Of a stretch of 64,000 bases of DNA, positions 56,474-64,000 are shown one piece after another. Position 1 is the first letter of the stretch; each line of letters starts with the position of its first letter. The DNA comes from an uncultured Prevotella sp. Its GTDB lineage: Bacteria; Bacteroidota; Bacteroidia; Bacteroidales; Bacteroidaceae. The translations under genes and the position numbers were made by a program. Below the pieces are notes generated by a model. The model worked only from the letters and a program-made list of their open reading frames with translations, ran no database searches and was not told where the DNA came from. Location: the NCBI GenBank assembly GCA_937916405.1, contig CALFUF010000049.1, positions 3,750 through 67,749 on the forward strand, read 5' to 3'.

Positions 56474-59400
56474 ATGACACACGATATGAAAAGAAATATA
56501 AGATATATCCTTTCCCTCCTCCTGCTGTTCGTGGGAGTCGGGGAGGCTTGGGGACAGACTACTGACTATTCGGGAGTGTATTATATTGCAAATAATAACA
56601 CGAATACATATATACTTGATGCGACAACCAACTGGTATCTTGTCCCTGCATCTAATGGTGGTGACAATACTGTAAGTGCAACGGCATGGCAATGGAATAA
56701 TGATGCGAACACACCCTTAGTGACCACTTTCCAAACTCAAAAAGATACTAACTCTCTTTGGAAAATTGTGAAGGAAGGGGATTATTACTACATCATTCAC
56801 TTTAAAACAAGTATGTACTTAACATATAATCTCCCTGTTTATACCAACCGACGCGCCTTCCATCTTCAGGCAACTGCTGATGGTGATAATTCTCTTTTTA
56901 CCTTCACAAAAAGAGATGATGGGTCATTCAACATCAACCGCAAGGGACTTACTTCTGGCAATTGCTGGCTAAATCCGTCTAAGGGAAATAAGGAATACTA
57001 CTATGGATTGACTGCAGACGGACAAACCGAAGTTGCTGGTCTGCTAGGTTTATATAATGATAAAAAAGATAACGGTTCCATTTGGTTCTTAGAAAAGGTT
57101 TCACCAACAATAGAAATCATAAATACTGATCAGGTAAAAATTACCTTCCCCATAAATGGAGTAACTATCCATTACACCATAAACGGAGATACGCCAGATG
57201 AAAACAGTACCCTCTATTCTGGAACAACCTTTACCCTAACTGAAAGCATGCTATCCATTAAGGCTATCGCCTATTCTGGAGGCAGTCCATCTGGGATTTC
57301 AACATTCACTCCTATAGTATATCCAGGTGATTCCCATTCTTATCTTGTGCAGAGCGTGGAATGTAATGACTTCTACATGCTACCTGGAGATGATGACAGC
57401 AACATCAGTGAGAAAAGAATCACCACATCAAGTTTGGCTCGCTCATCCATGCAATGGTGCTTTGAAGGTGTCGGGAGGATTAATGGCTATCAGTATTACT
57501 ATCTGAAGAACAAAGAAACAGGACAGTATGCACGATATTATAACAATGGTAGTGATGTGGTTTCATTAAGTACTCCCGAAACATTTAATGCGGATGGAAC
57601 AAACAGGGACGAATACAAGTTCTGCATCAAGTATTATGAAGATGCCACAGCTCCAGGCTATTACATCAAACCGTTAGCCACGACCTATGAGGGAGGTTTG
57701 AATAAAGGTAGTGGAAACAATAATAAAAATATTATTTGGATAACTGGAGCAAATAACACAAGTGCCCGTTGGAAGTTTGTGCAAGTATCTGATGGTAAGA
57801 TGCCTGCACCTACGGATCCATTCCCTTTCACCGTTTCCGATGACGAAAAGATATCATATTATAAAATAGGTCATGGTGCCCAAATCCCATCCACTTATTT
57901 TATCATTCCATCAAGTGACTATGCTAATACTTCTTCTTCTTCTGCTGATGACAATATGGCTTGGTTTTTTATGGAGGCAGAATCAGACAGCTGGTCAACA
58001 TACTATTATATTGTAAATGCAGTATCGGGTTACTATCTGTATTATCGAGGACCAGAAAACAGTGATGGAACCACGCAAGCATTCCAGACGAAACTATTCT
58101 CCAGTTCCGACAAAGACCGTTATCAGTTTGCTGTGCCCAAGACCACAGAAACAAACACGAATGGCAAGTATTACATGGTTCCGAAAATACTGAAAGAACA
58201 GACCCACAATGAATATATCTCTGTTTGGCGTGACAACGATAATCCACTGAAGACTCAAAAAAGCAGAGAAAACAATAACACAAAGTGGACTTTCACCTCT
58301 ACCACGTTCACATGTGAAGCCCCGGTTATTACATACGATGAGATTCAAGGTACTGCGTCCATTACTTGTCCTACTGGCGGTGCAAAGATATACTATGTTC
58401 GCTATACTGATGACACAGGTGCAGACCCTGATTTGACAAATGCTACTATCAAGGCAACGCTCACGCTCTACGACGGCACACCTGTTTCGATGGTAGGCTA
58501 TACTTATATTAAAGCCATCGCTGCAAGAAGTTATGATGATGGCAGCGATCAGTCTTCAGTAACAACCTATGGTCCCATAGATGTTTTCAAGTGTGTAAAA
58601 CCAGTCATCAGTTATGACTCAGAAAACAACAAAGTGACCATCACCAGTGCTACGGAAAATGCAAGAATCTACTATGTCATTGGGGACGGAGACATTGATG
58701 CCTCTGGTGAAGGAAGTCCAAATGGTGTTTCTTTTTCTGTTGGTGAAGAACGGACTATTAAGGCTGTTGCCGTGTTGCCAGGAACTCCTATTTCAATATC
58801 AGATGTCGCTACATGTGCTGTTATATCATCTTGGTTAAGCAGTTATGCACTTGATGGTTACTATATCCTTACTAATAATTTCACATCCAGTGAACCGATA
58901 GGTACTGAAACAAATCCCTTTACAGGTACCATTGACGGAGGTTATAATCCTATTACCCTTACTCACCCATTAGTTGGGGTCGCACAAAATGCTACTATTA
59001 AGAATGTCATAGTCGGCAGTGCTACTATCAGTACCAGTGGCAATGCTGGTGCGATAGCGAACAAAGCCACGGGAACTACTCGTATCTACAATTGCGGCGT
59101 GCTGGGTGGTTCCGTCAGTGGTGGAACGAACGTTGGAGGACTCGTCGGACTTATCGAAGCGAACTCATCTGTGCGAGTGGTCAATTGTTACAACTATGCT
59201 ACAGTGAGTGGCGGTAGTACAATGGCAGGCATCGTGGGCAAGAATGAAGGCACAGTGGGTGATGTGCGTATCGCTATGTGTATGATGTATGGTGATATGA
59301 CAGGAGGTACGTCGCCCGTGTATGCTGGCAACCACACCTCAAATGTCAGTAACTTTACCGAGTATAACTTCTGGCGCAGCAAGGCTAATTTGACCTATTC

Positions 59401-62400
59401 TGTTTATAATGACCAGCTTGCCATTGACAAGGATGAATACCTGACTCGTTTCCCTTTCTACCGCCATATTCTGAACACACACCGTGAACTGGCAGCGTGG
59501 TTCCTGTTTGGTACTGCTGGTAGTAGTGTTGGCAGTATTACAGCATACCAGGTGGATGAGGTGGGTCATTGGGTGCTGAAAACGGAGAAAGCGCCTTACC
59601 CAATTATTGAGAAATGGGAAAAGAAAACGAAGAAGATCACTGTAGACCTCAAAGGTAATTTACCTAATACAACAGAAGATAGTAAAGGGCGTTTGCTGAC
59701 AGATATGGGAAGTGGCGGTTACCTCACGGTGAATGTCACTATCAATGGCAGTAGCTATTCCTCGCAGTTGCCCATCACCGATATGAACCAGGATAAGTTT
59801 GACTATACCTGGGGTAAGGTGGTGCTGCCCTTTGCCAATGAGTATGAAGTGAATACCGACTACAGCAAGGTTTGCACCGGTTGGAAGATTACAGGTGTCA
59901 CAGGTGGAACGGCAGGTTCCTTTGAAAAATATAATGTGTCCGATCGTGACTGCACGGCTAAGGATCTCTTTTCCACCACAGGCTTTATCTTTGCCCAGGG
60001 AGGCAACTACGTCGTTCCATACGGTGTAACTGCCATTAACATAGAGGCTAATTTCGCTACCGCCTACTACCTTAGTGATGAAGCTTATGAGATTGGTTAT
60101 TCGGGCGATAATTCTGGACAGGGTTATAAAGATAGAACTGCATTAGGTGGTAGTATGCCAGATATGTATCATGGTCAGACAGTCTATCATACATTGAAAG
60201 CGGCTTTATCTGCAATGAGTGCTTCTGGCACCACGCACAGTCAAGCGGTAGTACTGGTAAGTAATTACCATCAAGATAGTGAAGACTTGTCCAGCCTTAC
60301 AGCTAAAGGACTAACCATTATGAGTATCGATGCCGACAACAACCAAGAGCCTGACTATGCATTTTATAGCAATAACACACAGGATCGCCCTAAAATTCCG
60401 CCTACACGTTTTGACTTTGTCGCATTAATCCCCATGGGAATGTCGTCGCGTGTCAACAACAGTACTTTCTATCCACTCATCCCAATTTGGAAACCATTCG
60501 GTTGGTTTGAGATGACGGAGACAAGCCTGAGCATGACAGACCAGTTTGAGTTGGACTCAGGAAACTTCAACACGAGCGACAACGATACCAAGAACTACCG
60601 CTGTATCATCAATAGCGGCTATTTCACTCAGATGGTAAGATCAAGAGATGTAAATTGCTCAAAAGTTAAGTATTATCAGATAGGCGGCAATGCATACATC
60701 AAAGAGTTTTATCCTGGCAGTCATAGTGCAAAGACCAATACCACTACATTGGTTCCAATTAATGTAACAGGCGGTGAAATAGAGCAATGCTTTATGACTG
60801 GCTATGGAAAAGAAACAACGGATGAAAAAGCGACAGCAATCGGTTCGGACATCTATTTTTGGTGTGCAGGTGGAAAGATTGACAAGTTCCTTGGGGCTTA
60901 CATGGAGAAGCCTAAAGAGACTTCGAGTAGTGATGGAAATGTTAATATGACGGCAAAGATAGACCATGCCCTGATTGGACGCTTCTTTGGTGGCGGAACT
61001 TCCCCGAAAGCACAAATCACGGGTGATATTGATGTAACCATCAACAATAGTAAGGTTGACTTCTACTGCGGTGGTCCTGAGTTTGGGGATATGACGAGTG
61101 GCAAAACTGTCACCACCCATGCCACAGGCACTACCTTTGGTGAATACTATGGTGCAGGTTTTGGTGGTACAGCGATAACCTATACGAATGATGAAGATAA
61201 CACTGGACAGGGTATTGGCAGCGCTACAAAACCTACAGTGGACTATCCTTTGAGTTTCTTTACCAATTATTTTGTAAAACAGCGATTGAAATACAAGGAA
61301 GGCTATGGAATAGGTTGCTGCTATAAATTTGAGTTTTTATTTAATTCACGTGGTCATGGTAGCGTGGCTCGTTTCTACACAGGTTATGCTCAGTTCTCAT
61401 TGGCTACTACGGGTAATGTGACCAATGAACTGACTGACTGTATGATTAAGAAACTTGCAGCCGAAGAGACAGTGTTGGGTAAGGTTGCTTCATCTGGTGA
61501 CTTCTATGGTGCAGGTTGTCAGGGTAAGGTGAACGGTACAGTAACCTCTACGCTGACTGGCTGTACTGTAGACGGCAGTGCGTTTGGTGGTGGCTACAAG
61601 GCTGAGTCGAATGAAGTAGATGTTTATCCTGTAACAGCACCTACGATGTCTGTCTATACCAGAGAGACGGGTATCTTCTCTGATTTCGGAACTGTGGAAC
61701 CTGAGACATTCACATGGGAGCAAGGAACGGCGGAAAAGAATAATAAGGCAGAAGGAAGTGTGCTTTATAGTGGAACGGACATTACATTGTCTGACCTCGG
61801 AAACGTGACAGGAGAGATTTCTATTACAGTCGATGGTGGAACTGTAGGAGGTAGCGTGTATGGAGGAGGCAATGAAAGTAAGTCACTCGATAATACCAAT
61901 GTGTACATAAAGAGCAACACTAAAATAGGAACCCCGGGAGAAGGTGGAGCCCAATACGGCAACGTTTACGGTGGAGGTAACGGTAAGGCAGATAATTTCG
62001 AGGCTGGTCTTGTGAAGGGTAATACCAATATCGAGATCAGTGGGTCGCCTACTATATTACATAATGTATATGGTGGTGGTGCCTACGGTTCGGTGGGTGA
62101 CTTCGATTACGATGCCACTACAGGCTTGCCGACGGCTCGTAAAGCGGAAACCACAGGTGGAACGGCGAATATCACGATTACGGGTGGTACCATCGGAACG
62201 ACTGGTAGTAGTAATGGTATGGTGTTCGGCTCGTCACGTGGTGACGTGGCTACTCCTGGTGCAGACGACATCGATCCTAACGACCGTCTTGCCTGGGTCT
62301 ATGATACCCATGTCGTGATTGGCACTCAGAGCACAGCAGATGCTGATCCTGTATTGACGACTCCATTGATCAAGGGCTCTGTCTATGGCAGTGGTGAGAA

Positions 62401-64000
62401 CGGACATACTTTCCATAATACTGTTGTTGATATCCATAGTGGTACTATCGGTATTGCTACAGGAGAAAAAGTGACTGAAGGTGGTGTAGATTATGAAGGT
62501 GCCGCATATCCTTATCGTGGTAATGTCTATGGTGGTGGTTGTGGTACAGACCAATACACAGGTACAGATGATAAGATGTATTACAATCCTATTGCAGGTA
62601 TCGTTCGTGGTGACGCCACGGTGACGATTGACGGCGGTCATGTGGTACGTAATGTCTATGGTGCAGGAGCCATGGGCTCTGTAGGAAACGAATCGGAGGC
62701 AGAAGGAGAGTCGACGTCAGGTAAGACTACCGTGACAATCAGTGGTAAGGCAAAGATAGGTGTGGACGGTAATGACAATGGTAATGTCTATGGTGCTGCC
62801 CGTGGTGACCTTGCCGTCCAAGCAGAGAATTATGCGAATATCAGGGCTTCAGAATTGAATATCGAAGGTGATGCCGATATCCAGGGCAGTGCCTTCGGTG
62901 GTGGCGAGGCTGGTATTGTCAAGGAGAGTGTCACCGTCAATATGAAAGGCGGATCCGTGGCAAATGATGTCTATGGAGGTGGTGCCTTGGCGGATACACA
63001 GGTGGCATATAAAGAACCTGCCAATGCAGGAAAGAACTTCACGACCCATGTTAATCTGACGGGAGGCACTGTTGGTCATAATGTCTATGGCGGTGGCTTG
63101 GGTCGTTTGGAAGCAACAGGTGTGACCGCTGTAGAGGCAAAGGTGTACGGTAAAGTGCTGGTGGCACTGAATGGTACCAAGACAGAAGAGCCGGTAGAAG
63201 GTGGAGGTACGACCGTCTCCTATAACGACAACTGTGTCGTCAAGGGCAGCATCTTCGGTTGTAACAACCAGAATGGCAGTCCACAGGATGCAGTGACCGT
63301 ACATATCTATAAGACACAAGGATGGGAAGGTCATGCAGGAACAGCCTCGGATAAGAAGACGAGCACGAATGATGAAGACCACTCCTACCATCTTACCGCT
63401 GTCTATGGCGGTGGTAACCTTGCCGCCTACATGCCAGATACAGAGTCTGTTGTTGACACCCTCAAGACCCATGTCATCATCGACGGTTGCGGTCTGACGA
63501 GTATCAAGACCGTGTATGGCGGTGGTGATGCCGCTTCAGTACCTGCCACTGATGTTCTTGTCAACGGCACCTATGAGATAGAAGAGGTGTTCGGTGGTGG
63601 TAATGGTAAGGACGCGATTACCATCAACGGTGTGACTAAAGCGAACCCTGGTGCCAACGTGGGTTATAAGAACTATTCCACCTATGATGCTGTGAATGAT
63701 GAGTGGAACGATAACGAAGATGCTGATACGAAGAGCGAGCGACTTGCAAGTGGCTATGTCTTTGGCTCTGGTGCTGCCAATGTGACGATCAGTGGTGGAA
63801 CGATCCATCGTGTGTTCGGTGGTTCGAACACCAAGGGTAACGTCCGTATCACGGCAGTGACAATGCTGGAAGAGGCTGGCGGATGCGAATTCTGTGTTGA
63901 TGAGGCTTACGGTGGAGGTAAGGAAGCACCAATGGATGCCGAGGCAAAACTGCTGATGGCATGTATTCCGGGTTTGAAGGAGGCATACGGTGGTGCTGAG
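56474..64000 (+). CDS. Giant (more than 2500 aa) secreted protein, truncated by window end
   Basis: Not in the ORF track, consistent with no stop in the window. MTHDMKRNIRYILSLLLLFVGVGEAWGQTTDYSGVYYI signal peptide, chitobiase/Fn3-associated-like modules (IHYTINGDTP, APVI..GAKIYY), many VYGGG repeats; in frame at the end (..KEAYGGAE). Sampled by eye, not translated codon by codon. Confidence 0.85.
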   Translation, partial: MTHDMKRNIRYILSLLLLFVGVGEAWGQTTDYSGVYYIANNNTNTYILDATTNWYLVPASNGGDNTVSATAWQWNNDANTPLVTTFQTQKDTNSLWKIVKEGDYYYIIHFKTSMYLTYNLPVYTNRRAFHLQATADGDNSLFTFTKRDDGSFNINRKGLTSGNCWLNPSKGNKEYYYGLTADGQTEVAGLLGLYNDKKDNGSIWFLEKVSPTIEIINTDQVKITFPINGVTIHYTINGDTPDENSTLYSGTTFTLTESMLSIKAIAYSGGSPSGISTFTPIVYPGDSHSYLVQSVECNDFYMLPGDDDSNISEKRITTSSLARSSMQWCFEGVGRINGYQYYYLKNKETGQYARYYNNGSDVVSLSTPETFNADGTNRDEYKFCIKYYEDATAPGYYIKPLATTYEGGLNKGSGNNNKNIIWITGANNTSARWKFVQVSDGKMPAPTDPFPFTVSDDEKISYYKIGHGAQIPSTYFIIPSSDYANTSSSSADDNMAWFFMEAESDSWSTYYYIVNAVSGYYLYYRGPENSDGTTQAFQTKLFSSSDKDRYQFAVPKTTETNTNGKYYMVPKILKEQTHNEYISVWRDNDNPLKTQKSRENNNTKWTFTSTTFTCEAPVITYDEIQGTASITCPTGGAKIYYVRYTDDTGADPDLTNATIKATLTLYDGTPVSMVGYTYIKAIAARSYDDGSDQSSVTTYGPIDVFKCVKPVISYDSENNKVTITSATENARIYYVIGDGDIDASGEGSPNGVSFSVGEERTIKAVAVLPGTPISISDVATCAVISSWLSSYALDGYYILTNNFTSSEPIGTETNPFTGTIDGGYNPITLTHPLVGVAQNATIKNVIVGSATISTSGNAGAIANKATGTTRIYNCGVLGGSVSGGTNVGGLVGLIEANSSVRVVNCYNYATVSGGSTMAGIVGKNEGTVGDVRIAMCMMYGDMTGGTSPVYAGNHTSNVSNFTEYNFWRSKANLTYSVYNDQLAIDKDEYLTRFPFYRHILNTHRELAAWFLFGTAGSSVGSITAYQVDEVGHWVLKTEKAPYPIIEKWEKKTKKITVDLKGNLPNTTEDSKGRLLTDMGSGGYLTVNVTINGSSYSSQLPITDMNQDKFDYTWGKVVLPFANEYEVNTDYSKVCTGWKITGVTGGTAGSFEKYNVSDRDCTAKDLFSTTGFIFAQGGNYVVPYGVTAINIEANFATAYYLSDEAYEIGYSGDNSGQGYKDRTALGGSMPDMYHGQTVYHTLKAALSAMSASGTTHSQAVVLVSNYHQDSEDLSSLTAKGLTIMSIDADNNQEPDYAFYSNNTQDRPKIPPTRFDFVALIPMGMSSRVNNSTFYPLIPIWKPFGWFEMTETSLSMTDQFELDSGNFNTSDNDTKNYRCIINSGYFTQMVRSRDVNCSKVKYYQIGGNAYIKEFYPGSHSAKTNTTTLVPINVTGGEIEQCFMTGYGKETTDEKATAIGSDIYFWCAGGKIDKFLGAYMEKPKETSSSDGNVNMTAKIDHALIGRFFGGGTSPKAQITGDIDVTINNSKVDFYCGGPEFGDMTSGKTVTTHATGTTFGEYYGAGFGGTAITYTNDEDNTGQGIGSATKPTVDYPLSFFTNYFVKQRLKYKEGYGIGCCYKFEFLFNSRGHGSVARFYTGYAQFSLATTGNVTNELTDCMIKKLAAEETVLGKVASSGDFYGAGCQGKVNGTVTSTLTGCTVDGSAFGGGYKAESNEVDVYPVTAPTMSVYTRETGIFSDFGTVEPETFTWEQGTAEKNNKAEGSVLYSGTDITLSDLGNVTGEISITVDGGTVGGSVYGGGNESKSLDNTNVYIKSNTKIGTPGEGGAQYGNVYGGGNGKADNFEAGLVKGNTNIEISGSPTILHNVYGGGAYGSVGDFDYDATTGLPTARKAETTGGTANITITGGTIGTTGSSNGMVFGSSRGDVATPGADDIDPNDRLAWVYDTHVVIGTQSTADADPVLTTPLIKGSVYGSGENGHTFHNTVVDIHSGTIGIATGEKVTEGGVDYEGAAYPYRGNVYGGGCGTDQYTGTDDKMYYNPIAGIVRGDATVTIDGGHVVRNVYGAGAMGSVGNESEAEGESTSGKTTVTISGKAKIGVDGNDNGNVYGAARGDLAVQAENYANIRASELNIEGDADIQGSAFGGGEAGIVKESVTVNMKGGSVANDVYGGGALADTQVAYKEPANAGKNFTTHVNLTGGTVGHNVYGGGLGRLEATGVTAVEAKVYGKVLVALNGTKTEEPVEGGGTTVSYNDNCVVKGSIFGCNNQNGSPQDAVTVHIYKTQGWEGHAGTASDKKTSTNDEDHSYHLTAVYGGGNLAAYMPDTESVVDTLKTHVIIDGCGLTSIKTVYGGGDAASVPATDVLVNGTYEIEEVFGGGNGKDAITINGVTKANPGANVGYKNYSTYDAVNDEWNDNEDADTKSERLASGYVFGSGAANVTISGGTIHRVFGGSNTKGNVRITAVTMLEEAGGCEFCVDEAYGGGKEAPMDAEAKLLMACIPGLKEAYGGAE

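Noticed and set aside
17501..63808. Numerous 60-350 aa ORFs antisense to or overlapping the long genes
   Set aside because: Shadow ORFs of long coding sequences with no recognisable motifs
41795..64000. Diversity-generating retroelement or shufflon acting on the giant proteins
   Set aside because: No reverse transcriptase, recombinase or template/variable repeat pair seen by eye; a self-alignment would be needed to exclude it fully

Overview
Bacteroidota chromosomal segment, most likely Prevotellaceae (TTTG-N20-TAnnTTTG promoters, smalltalk peptide, Prevotella-style T9SS C-termini). Left part (1-13.3 kb): AT-rich surface-polysaccharide cluster with 8 glycosyltransferases, an NDP-sugar epimerase and a hexapeptide acetyltransferase, followed by aspS. 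From about 17 kb to the end: a large divergently organised surface-structure locus with type V pilus-like lipoproteins, a DUF3575/OmpA-like protein and three giant secreted proteins (2926 aa, 3836 aa, and one of more than 2500 aa truncated by the window end). Small accessory cassettes are wedged between these genes: five solitary AAA ATPase genes (the four complete ones end in PD-(D/E)xK-like domains), two protein TA pairs, two RhuM-like paralogs and an Abi_2/AbiF-like HEPN gene. The most unusual features are: (i) three promoter-bearing, covarying small-RNA hairpins around the Abi gene, two of which follow only the 3' stump of a deleted Abi paralog; (ii) cassettes bracketed by 14-70 bp duplications of a promoter or gene start, with no recombinase in the window; (iii) pervasive 7-bp tandem repeats, including a TIR-bounded element and arrays inside coding sequence; (iv) a palindrome- and inverted-repeat-rich hub at 29.5-30.2 kb. 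No tRNA, rRNA, CRISPR array, transposase or integrase was recognised. Family calls come from motif recognition by eye, not from database searches.
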